Positions 1 to 8,000 of a DNA stretch of 60,371 nt are shown piece after piece. This stretch comes from a virus. Lineage: Duplodnaviria; Caudoviricetes. The stretch lies in IMG/VR virus record IMGVR_UViG_3300026484_000003, positions 1-60,371 of that record, one strand, 5' to 3'. Position 1 is the stretch's first letter, and every line of letters starts with the position of its first letter. Under the pieces are notes generated by a model. That model worked only from the letters and a program-made list of their open reading frames with translations. It had not been told where the DNA came from and searched no databases. A program made the position numbers and the translations under genes.

Positions 1-127
1 GCAGTCCGACCAAAGAAGGTAAGGTCAACAAAAAGCACTTCCTCTTTCTGCTCACCTGTTTGAGATTTGAATTTACGAGAGGTTGCGATGGCAGTATTAC
101 CAATAGCACTTCCGCCCTGTGTGTATC
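1..127. repeat. Terminal 127-bp direct repeat (copy 1), most likely an assembly overlap
   Basis: Identical to 60245-60371 and lies inside ssb. 127 is a common assembler k-mer length. Confidence 0.95.
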
Positions 128-179
128 TTATCTCGATATCTCTGGTAAGGTTCCCCGCTAAAATTATTTTGTTATACAT
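1..179 (-). CDS. ssb: Single-stranded DNA-binding protein, 5' part (continues at 60244..59896 across the join; 175 aa in total)
   Basis: ATG at 179 after AAGGAAG reads MYNKIILAGNLTRDIEIRYTQGGSAIGNTAIATSRKF, in frame with the ORF at 59896. Confidence 0.95.
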   Translation of the reverse strand, partial: MYNKIILAGNLTRDIEIRYTQGGSAIGNTAIATSRKFKSQTGEQKEEVLFVDLTFFGRT

Positions 180-631
180 CTTTCTTCCTTTAAAAATTTT
201 ACAATGTGTCTAAGATGAACCACTTCATCTTTTAGCACGGTGTTTTCTTTATTTTTTGCCCCCACCGAGTTTTGGGACATCACTTCAAACCAAAACCCAG
301 CCACGGTCGCCTCTCCGATAGCGTCTCTTCCGCCGTCGATAAACATTCCACCATCTTCATCGAGCATAAACAACATCGAGCAATCAATATCATTGTCTGT
401 TCCGACTATGTGTGCGAATATGCCCCCGTAGTCTTTGTCCACAGTCAACTCCACCTCTCTACCCTTGCCCCAGCAGTCGCCGTGGCGATAAACTGCCTTA
501 TATCCTCTTCTTTTCTGCTCATCTCTTCCACCTCCCGTAAACACGATAAACCAAAAACCAAAAGGCACTCTTGGGCAGTGGGCTACCCATAAACCTCTCC
601 AAGACGCTTCCAGCCCCTGCACGATTGACAT
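164..631 (-). CDS. Hypothetical protein (5' end uncertain, possibly frameshifted near 455-465)
   Basis: The C-terminal half looks coding and abuts the ssb start. The N-terminus overlaps other short frames. Confidence 0.4.
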   Translation of the reverse strand: MSIVQGLEASWRGLWVAHCPRVPFGFWFIVFTGGGRDEQKRRGYKAVYRHGDCWGKGREVELTVDKDYGGIFAHIVGTDNDIDCSMLFMLDEDGGMFIDGGRDAIGEATVAGFWFEVMSQNSVGAKNKENTVLKDEVVHLRHIVKFLKEERCITK

Positions 632-705
632 GAGAAACTCTCATATAGACTCCATTTTTTCTCCGTGCCTCGTCGACACGAGTAAGTCGGAAAACCGTGT
701 CGTTT

Positions 706-972
706 TTATGCTTTTTCAGTGACATACTCTCCCCTTAATTTAAAGGCATCCCACACGGAGACGCTTGTTTCATTTGGCTCTGTGTTCTTCCCGCATACTT
801 GATGGCATACAGAATCTTCTCCCACCAGATAACTCTGTCTGTGGTAGTTGCCCCCATCAATAATAGCAACGATTGTCCCTTCTGGAACAATCAATTTCCC
901 AACTACATAGAGCATAGCCCCGTCCCAAAAGTCACTTCGGGTCTTGTGTGTGTATACTATTTTTCTACCCAT
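706..972 (-). CDS. Hypothetical protein
   Basis: Starts directly after the stop of the HTH gene, in the same operon. Confidence 0.6.
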   Translation of the reverse strand: MGRKIVYTHKTRSDFWDGAMLYVVGKLIVPEGTIVAIIDGGNYHRQSYLVGEDSVCHQVCGKNTEPNETSVSVWDAFKLRGEYVTEKA

Positions 973-973
973 T

Positions 974-1195
974 TTATCTTACCCCCTCTAAGATTTCACC
1001 TATATCTACCCTAAGGTATCTAGCGATAGATACCACCTCATCGACCGTCAACGGGCGTCCATTGACACCCATCAACTTTTTGAATGTGCTTGTGGATAGC
1101 CCTATAGCCACGGCTATATCCTTGTATCTCAAGCCTCGTCTCTTTAGCAGGGCTTTTATGTTTCTTTGCACCACTATGAAGTCCCTTTTCCCCAT
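974..1195 (-). CDS. Cro/C1-type (XRE) helix-turn-helix protein
   Basis: NIKALLKRRGLRYKDIAVAIGLSTSTF...RPLTVDEVVSIARYLRV; AAGGAG RBS. Confidence 0.85.
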   Translation of the reverse strand: MGKRDFIVVQRNIKALLKRRGLRYKDIAVAIGLSTSTFKKLMGVNGRPLTVDEVVSIARYLRVDIGEILEGVR

Positions 1196-1244
1196 CTTTA
1201 CTCCTTTTGTTTTGATACTACAGTATAGCTACAAATAACTTAAA
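1196..1244 (-). promoter_or_regulatory. Early-type sigma70 promoter and RBS
   Basis: Minus strand reads TTTAAG...GCTATACT...TATCAAAACAAAAGGAGTAAAG-ATG. The leader tail nearly matches those ahead of the ATGs at 1604 and 23437. Confidence 0.6.
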
Positions 1245-1255
1245 GGGATATTAAA

Positions 1256-1489
1256 ATGACACAAAAGGGTATCAGGGGGTACTTATTGGATATGCTAAAG
1301 CTACATTGCTTCTGCTTGGACAAAAACGAGAACTTAGGCGAAGCAATCAATGATATAGAGCTTGACTTTGAGGAGCAGTATGACTTTGTGCTTGACGATG
1401 ACGACATCAATAAATTTGTATCGGTTGCAGTTCAAGAGCAGTATGTGGGGACAATGTGCGGGCGGAGATTGGAAGCCGTGAGGCGATGA
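1256..1489 (+). CDS. Small acidic hypothetical protein
   Basis: 77-aa ORF with an AAGGG RBS, divergent from the HTH gene. Confidence 0.55.
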   Translation: MTQKGIRGYLLDMLKLHCFCLDKNENLGEAINDIELDFEEQYDFVLDDDDINKFVSVAVQEQYVGTMCGRRLEAVRR

Positions 1490-1522
1490 AATTGGCGGAG
1501 GCGGTCAAGTTTTGAAAAAAGG

Positions 1523-1578
1523 TAGCATAACTATACCATTTAAGCCCAAATTAAGCTTAATATGTTATACTACACTTA
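1523..1578 (+). repeat. 56-bp direct repeat copy 1 containing an extended -10 promoter
   Basis: TAGCATAACTATACCATTTAAGCCCAAATTAAGCTTAATATGTTATACTACACTTA, identical to 2198-2253. Confidence 0.92.
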
Positions 1579-1603
1579 TCAAAACAAAACAAAAGGATTA
1601 AAG

Positions 1604-2041
1604 ATGACAAAAACAACAACAGAAACATTTATCAAGGTGAGAGACGGACTTTTTGCAAAAGAGAGCGACACAACAAAAATGAGTAGCCTTTTCGAGATTA
1701 CTATAGAGAAGATGGTCGACGGCGAAAAGGTAGAGGTAGGTTGTGACTACCTCGAAAATATCAAAGACGAGAAAGACGCAACAGCGTGGTTTGTTGATGG
1801 TGAAGAGTACCCAACATATGGCGAGATGATGGCAGACGCGTGGGAAGATTGCTACCTGCTCCCAAACGGTGACGCGATTGACGCAGAGTCGGAAAGTTTT
1901 GACGCAACTTTCTTCGGGACAGAGGACTCCCTAGAACTGTGGGAGACAGAAGGGGGAGAGCAAATCGCTCTCAAGCCAACCCGCAGTGAGCCAACTCTTT
2001 ATAGAGCGATGAAAGCGTCATGGGTAGCAAGATCCCACTAG
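1604..2041 (+). CDS. Strongly acidic hypothetical early protein
   Basis: ATG at 1604 after AAAGGA; D/E-rich; first gene after the repeated promoter. Confidence 0.75.
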   Translation: MTKTTTETFIKVRDGLFAKESDTTKMSSLFEITIEKMVDGEKVEVGCDYLENIKDEKDATAWFVDGEEYPTYGEMMADAWEDCYLLPNGDAIDAESESFDATFFGTEDSLELWETEGGEQIALKPTRSEPTLYRAMKASWVARSH

Positions 2042-2205
2042 GCAAACGCCCAACCCTCAAAGCCCTAGCAGATGAGTTGGGCGTGTCGGAACAGGCGGTG
2101 AAGCAATACCCGAAGCGGAAAAAGGAGCTGATGGTTCGCGGGCTATGGTTCGAGCAGTTGCTCAAGAGCGGCACTATCGGTCACCCAAAGAAAAAGATAG
2201 CATAA
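2020..2205 (+). CDS. Small helix-turn-helix protein
   Basis: PTLKALADELGVSEQAVKQY fits an HTH pattern. Confidence 0.7.
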   Translation: MGSKIPLGKRPTLKALADELGVSEQAVKQYPKRKKELMVRGLWFEQLLKSGTIGHPKKKIA

Positions 2206-2253
2206 CTATACCATTTAAGCCCAAATTAAGCTTAATATGTTATACTACACTTA
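2198..2253 (+). repeat. 56-bp direct repeat copy 2 (promoter)
   Basis: Identical to 1523-1578. Confidence 0.92.
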
Positions 2254-2434
2254 ATCTTCTTGCCTGTGATGGCACATATGAAGCGGGAATAAGAACCGCC
2301 TCAAACTATTAATAGATAAAGGATAAACATGCACCCAATTTTAGATTTCTAATTTACTAAAGGGATAGAAATGCTGTGGCTCAAAAGGGGCTAACCTAAG
2401 GAGTTCATCCTATAATACTTTAAGGAGTTAATAA

Positions 2435-2964
2435 ATGGAAGATAAAAAGAAGATTATCAGCATTGATGCTGAGACTGATGGGCTATGGGGGAAACCATTT
2501 ATGGTCTCACTAGTTGTAGATGAAGGTGGTGTTACAACCACCCATGAATCCGTCACCTCGATGTCGAGGTGACGGATTCATGGGTGAGGACTAATGTTCT
2601 CCCACAGTTGAAAGGAGTCAAAGCCACCCACACATCCTACGACGATTTCCTAAAGGCAGTTGGCGACTGCTGGATGGAAAATAAAACAGATGCTACAATG
2701 TTGGTTCACATGGGCTTCGTGGTTGAGGCTTACCTCTTCCGCGAGTTAGTTCGCGTAGGAGCTATAGGTGTATGGGATGCACCATACACCTATATCGAGC
2801 TAGCGGAACGACTAGAGGTCGCTGGCTTCTCACCAGATAGTTGCGATTGTTATATTGCAAAATATGACATAGAGAAACCAGTGTGTGAGGGGGGCACACA
2901 TAACAGCACTTATGATGCCCTCGTCGCATTAAAGGTCTATAAACACCTACAAAAGAACAAGTAG
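2435..2964 (+). pseudogene. DEDD-type 3'-5' exonuclease-like gene split by a 1-nt frameshift
   Basis: ATG at 2435 (TAAGGAG RBS) gives MEDKKKIISIDAETDGLWG (ExoI D-x-E). The -1 frame continues VTDSWVRTNVLPQL...HNSTYDA (ExoIII-like). Confidence 0.75.
2539..2586. repeat. Perfect 23-bp inverted repeat with a 2-nt spacer
   Basis: CACCCATGAATCCGTCACCTCGA-TG-TCGAGGTGACGGATTCATGGGTG. Confidence 0.97.
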
Positions 2965-2965
2965 A

Positions 2966-3010
2966 AAGGGGGTTCGCCGCCCCTTACCATTCTCTTTTCT
3001 TTTTTCGTTT
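2966..3010 (+). terminator. Possible intrinsic terminator
   Basis: AAGGGG/CCCCTT stem right after the stop, with a T-rich tract nearby, between convergent operons. Confidence 0.4.
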
Positions 3011-3118
3011 TACTTTCAAATACATATAGTAGTTATAGAAGTACCTGAGATGGTTAATTGAATAGGAATTAAACTGTGTTAATTAACAAACAAATAACGC
3101 CGTTTGTGGCTAAACGGT

Positions 3119-3310
3119 TTAAAGAGTAGTATAGATATTCGCTCTCCTTGATGCCATATCTTTCGGCATACCGCTTTCGATTATGAAGTCTTTGCTCATC
3201 CTGTATAGGTACTCATAGACTTCTCTGTATGTTTTAGGTGTTTTCCCCATAGGGTTCTCTATCCTTCTGACATAAGGGCTGATGCAATGATCTCCCTTCC
3301 TCTGCTTCAT
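3119..3310 (-). CDS. Hypothetical protein (possibly truncated)
   Basis: ATGA overlap with the methyltransferase stop. Confidence 0.5.
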   Translation of the reverse strand: MKQRKGDHCISPYVRRIENPMGKTPKTYREVYEYLYRMSKDFIIESGMPKDMASRRANIYTTL

Positions 3311-4512
3311 TCACAAAATCCTAATAGATTGTTTTTTTGCGGTTTTTTAGTTTTTTCTATCTGCTGAAATATCATCTCAACCACATTCACACTCATTGAG
3401 TTTCCTGCCTGTTTGTACGCCTGCGTATTAGAAACTACAATTTTAAAATCGTCAGGAAAATCTTGCAGTCTTAGGCATTCACGCGGTGTTAGTTTTCGTA
3501 TGCGTTCTTGGCCGCATTGTGTATCAAGTGCCTGAGGCACATTCCCACCAACTCTTCCTCTTCTTGTGTTTGAGGTAGGCATAGACGAGTTGATGTCGCC
3601 GATGCACGCTTCTTCGTGTCCGTGCCTTGTTGCTGATCTTACTTGTATCTTAGGTTCTCTGTTCCCACCTCCGCAAGTCTGCATGGCTGGTGCTATGCCA
3701 TCGGTTCCGTATACTCTTCGTATTTGATCGTTTCCTTTTGTGTCAAGAATCCCGACGACTTCAATGTAGTTATCCTGTCTCCCCATTTTGTGTACTCTCG
3801 CCGTTATCGCTGCTGCACTACTGTCAATGTTTGCGCATTTTGCAGGCTTGAATTGCAGATCTTTCCCAGATGCTGTGAAGAATAGCGTTTTTATGAGCTT
3901 GTGGCTAAGGAAATATTTCTCATCAACATCATCCTCAAGAACATCGGCAAGCTTCTTTTTGAGAGGCAACTTTTCAGGAAAATTAAACCTAAAATACCTT
4001 TCGCTACAAAGAAAACCAACAAGGAACAATCTCTCCCTGTTTTGTGGGACACCATAGTCTTTAGTGTTCACCACTCCATAGTGGCAATGGTATCCGATGT
4101 CACGAAGTGCCTGTGCGAACTCTTTTATTGTTCTACCGTTGTCGATGCTTAGAATGCCTTTTACATTCTCGTATACAATCACTTCTGGGCGACACTCATC
4201 CACCACTCTGATATACTCATAGATCAGTCCTCCGCGTTCATCTTTTGTCCCCTTTCTTAGCCCTGCAATACTGAACGACTGGCAAGGGCTTCCGCCTATC
4301 AGCATATCAACCTTTCCACGATACCGTGTCGCGTCAAGATCATTCACATCTATGTGGAAATGATCCTCGTCAATATTGTAGTTTGCCAAGTAGCTCTCCC
4401 GTGCGAATTTATCGAACTCGCACGCAAAAACGATCTCAAAGTCATCTCCGTAAACTCTTCTTGCCGCTTGTTCTGGCGCACCGATACCACTGAATAGTGT
4501 TGCTACCCTCAT
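3307..4512 (-). CDS. DNA (cytosine-5)-methyltransferase, orphan
   Basis: Motifs LFSGIG (I), GGSPCQSFS (IV), ENVKG (VI), PQNRER (VIII), RKLTPRE (IX), YKQAGNS (X). Confidence 0.97.
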   Translation of the reverse strand: MRVATLFSGIGAPEQAARRVYGDDFEIVFACEFDKFARESYLANYNIDEDHFHIDVNDLDATRYRGKVDMLIGGSPCQSFSIAGLRKGTKDERGGLIYEYIRVVDECRPEVIVYENVKGILSIDNGRTIKEFAQALRDIGYHCHYGVVNTKDYGVPQNRERLFLVGFLCSERYFRFNFPEKLPLKKKLADVLEDDVDEKYFLSHKLIKTLFFTASGKDLQFKPAKCANIDSSAAAITARVHKMGRQDNYIEVVGILDTKGNDQIRRVYGTDGIAPAMQTCGGGNREPKIQVRSATRHGHEEACIGDINSSMPTSNTRRGRVGGNVPQALDTQCGQERIRKLTPRECLRLQDFPDDFKIVVSNTQAYKQAGNSMSVNVVEMIFQQIEKTKKPQKNNLLGFCE

Positions 4513-4607
4513 TCTTGCACCTCCAAATCAACAATAACCATGTGTTCCATCGCCTGTGTTTCATATGCTTCCATTTTTACCATCCTTTAATATTAAATAT
4601 TCCGAAT

Positions 4608-4655
4608 GGTAACATTATTACCCTTAGTATAAAATATTAAGGTAATAATTTTACC
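4608..4655. promoter_or_regulatory. Two palindromic operators GGTAA-N5-TTACC overlapping the leftward promoter of the methyltransferase operon
   Basis: GGTAACATTATTACC (4608-4622) and GGTAATAATTTTACC (4641-4655). Confidence 0.8.
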
Positions 4656-4675
4656 CATTAGCATATATTTTGTTG

Positions 4676-5050
4676 CTATGCGTGCCTAAAGTAGCCGTTG
4701 ATTGTATCGCCTATCTCTTCTATTGTGAAATAGTTGAGTGCTTCCGTGACAAGTGGATTTCCATATTCAATCAAGTCTCCTGACTGCTCTTGTCCTACGA
4801 TGAAGTGTACGGCAAGTATTTTTGCTTCATCTGCCGTAAGTGATCTGCCAAACACCTGTTTTTCTGCCTGTGATGTTTCTCCGACTACAAGCTTTTCATA
4901 GAGCACTCCAAATCTCTCTTTTGGATCTCCGTACTTACTTATGTGTAGGATGAGTTGATCGTTATCGACCTCCTCATCCCTAATCTGTAGCTTCTCGTTT
5001 TTAAGAAGCCCTTCTATGTCGTGTCTCCACTCACCCGTAACAAGTATCAT
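4676..5050 (-). CDS. Hypothetical protein coupled to the darB-like gene (same position as P1 ulx)
   Basis: ATGA overlap with the darB-like stop. The identity is from position only. Confidence 0.6.
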   Translation of the reverse strand: MILVTGEWRHDIEGLLKNEKLQIRDEEVDNDQLILHISKYGDPKERFGVLYEKLVVGETSQAEKQVFGRSLTADEAKILAVHFIVGQEQSGDLIEYGNPLVTEALNYFTIEEIGDTINGYFRHA

Positions 5051-8000
5051 GCTAGCCCTTCTTTTTGTAAATTTTCTTCAATCATTGTACCAAGTTTTTT
5101 AAACTTTTCAAAATTCTCTTCACCTAGGTATTCCTTGTAGCCATCCATTGTCATTGCATCGGTTATATCGTTTTTGTATGTTGATATCTTCTTGAGCCTT
5201 GCGGAAGGACTAAAACCGTATGGGTAAATGTAGTTACTTCGGTAGATATTCTCTCCCCTACCTACAAAAACATAACTTTCATCAAGCAGATCATAGAGTT
5301 TGCCTTTAATCATAACAATCCTATCAAAGTTCTCAACAATGTCCTTTTCACTTAGACCGTTTTTGATCTCATCTGAAATTGTTTTTGAGTAGGTTACTAT
5401 CTTCTTTCTTATTGTTTCATCAATGCTGTTAATGTTTGCAAGATCATCTTTATAGTCTTGCCTACCTTTCTCAATAGCACCATGCACAATCTGTTCAACA
5501 TTTGAGTTTTCACTAATTCTTAAATCTCCTGTCAAAATGCGTCCAAGTTTTTCTGTGAAACCTACTTGATCTTTTTTGAGATTGATAATAGCATTGAGCA
5601 TTTTTTTTGCATTGGTCTTGTATGCATCAATGTCTATAGCGGTATTTCCAAATGAAACAAGATACTCTGATTGCTTAATAAGTAAGATTGAGTTAATGAC
5701 ATTCCTTACCGCCACATCTCCACTAACTACAAAATCATCACTAAGTACGGACGGAAGTGCATATCTAATCTTATGATTGACATCGTATACACTTTCTCCG
5801 TATCTTTTTATTGCCAAACGCTGAAAATAGTAAACACTATCTTTTTCGTGATCATACTTGCTTTTTATATTGTCGTTGATTGATTCTCTTAGTGTTTCAG
5901 ACATAATATCGCTTATTTCTGCCTCTTTTTTCTTCTGCTCCTCATGCTTTGCCTTAATATACATTTCTATTTTCTGCTCAACCGTAAGGTCTATTCTGTC
6001 ACCAAACATGACTTCTGCACCACGCGTAATACTTTCAATATCAGATGTATCTACTTTTGCCTCATCGTCACCTTTCTTGACTGCATCAATCCAGTCTTGC
6101 TTCCCATTGATTAGCTGATCGAGGAAGTTATCAAAAGTTCCGTTTTGAAGATACTTATAGACATGAACTTTATCAATAGTGTTTCCTTGCCTTACCGCCC
6201 TTCCCATTGCCTGATGATTTGCATCTGGTGTCTCCGGTAGTTCCATAAGGTGTACTGCTGAAACATCCTTGTTAAAGTCAACCCCCACTTCTCCTGCTTT
6301 ACCAAAGATCATTACCGTCACTTTATTGTCTTGAGAGTTAAACTTTGTTTGAAGATCAAAACCTTTGTCTCCCCCCTTAAAGTAGAACACCTTAGATACC
6401 TCTTTCACTGTGTGTTCAATAAGGTTTCCAATAATGATATGGGATATAAGTGATCTTGAGTAGATAATTTGTTTTGACGTCGGTTTACGCTTGATCTCTT
6501 TTTTCATGTTCTCGATAAGCGTTTGGTATTTTGTGAACTTTTTAATGTCAAATGCCACATCTTTTTTGCCTATAAAACCTGCTTTTTTAAGAGCTGAAAT
6601 AGCCTTAGCCAATACCTTGTCATCTTTTGTTGGAAGATATACTGTTTTGCCTCTCATTGGAGGTCTTGTTGCTTCTGGATGAAGCTTCGTGATTAGTTTA
6701 TTGAGTGGTGTCCTCCATATGTCAGAAAACTTAACTTCCGTTTTAGTATCTATCTCAAGCATACCTGTCTGGTGGTTTAATGAACCCGTTTTAACCTTAA
6801 TTTTAATATTTTCATCAAGTACCGATATTACGGCTTCCTGATCTGTTGTGTTCACCTCTATTGGAACATACCCAAGTCCAACATCAATACCTTGCCCTAA
6901 GCCTCTTGCTTTGCTGATAAATCCGAACATTTCACCAAACTCTTTGGCTAACATTAGCGATGCTACATCATCTTCATTAAGGTCTCCAAGTTCGCCTTTG
7001 TTAAGGTCTCTAACAACTGCCGAATACTTCTCATTCAGCCCACCAAGCATTTTAAAGTTTTCCTTAATGTCTGTTGTTGCTTCAAGATATGCGTTATGCT
7101 TAGAATAGTCCGGCTTTACATTGATTGTATATCCATTCTCTAATGCTCTTGCCTGTTCCTGCTCTGCTGTCCTATAGATAATCTTGTTGTGTCCTATCTT
7201 TTTGAGTAACTTGATATTTTTCAAACCAACCAGTATTTCTTTTTGTGTCATCCCCATACCGTTGGCTTTAACCACCGTCTCCTCTGAAATATCAAAGAAC
7301 ATATCTTCAAACTCTTCCGTGCTTGAAATTCCGTTGCTTTTTAATGTTGATAATGGCGTAGTAAACAGTAGTCCTGTAAGTATTTCGGATGGGCTTGAAG
7401 TCTCCGGTGTAGCTGTCATAAGGATAGTTCCTTTTGAGTCTCCACGCTTGATCGTTTTGATATATTCAGAGAAAAACATCATGCGTGATTTTGTGGATGA
7501 TTTGGCATTGTTTATTCCTTTTGCAGACGACTTTCCTGCTGTTGCGTTCTTGAAATGATGCCCCTCATCAATAATCATCGCATCTACTCCTAAATCCTCA
7601 AGGAAATATGTTGCATTTTTGCCCCAAGATGCAGATGTGATACCAAATTTGTTTAGAGGTGTCGTATTTGTTCGATAGTTTTCATCACCTCCATTCTCCT
7701 CTTTTTTATCCTTGCCTATAAGATAGTCTGTATCCTCATCTGTGAGCTTAATAAACTCTATAGCGGTGCTGTCTGCTATGAGTAGCATTTTATACTTTCT
7801 GCTACGCATAAGCTCCGAAAGATCAGTTTTGTTTTTTGTGTTTACGGTAAGTATTTTTCCCCTCATATCCTCCGTTACTGCCTTCTCAAGCTCTGCAACC
7901 CACTTTGGATATACGGCGTTAGGCACTACAAGCATTGGACGCTTTGCCTTTCCATTGTGGATCATTTGCAAACACGCCATAATGGCTGTAAACGATTTTC

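Noticed and set aside
1-127. Terminal repeat as a biological DTR or att site
   Set aside because: It is exactly 127 nt and lies mid-ssb, which is the usual signature of a circular assembly overlap.
1523-2253. 56-bp repeats as a CRISPR array or IS ends
   Set aside because: There are only two adjacent copies, 675 bp apart, with promoter motifs and no cas or transposase gene.
2539-2586. Palindrome as an N15-type protelomerase (telRL) site
   Set aside because: No protelomerase or partition gene was recognised, and the palindrome lies inside a coding region where a single base restores the frame.
3307-4512. C5 methyltransferase as part of a restriction-modification system
   Set aside because: No adjacent endonuclease was recognised. 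Orphan phage MTases are common, and the target cannot be read from the sequence by eye.
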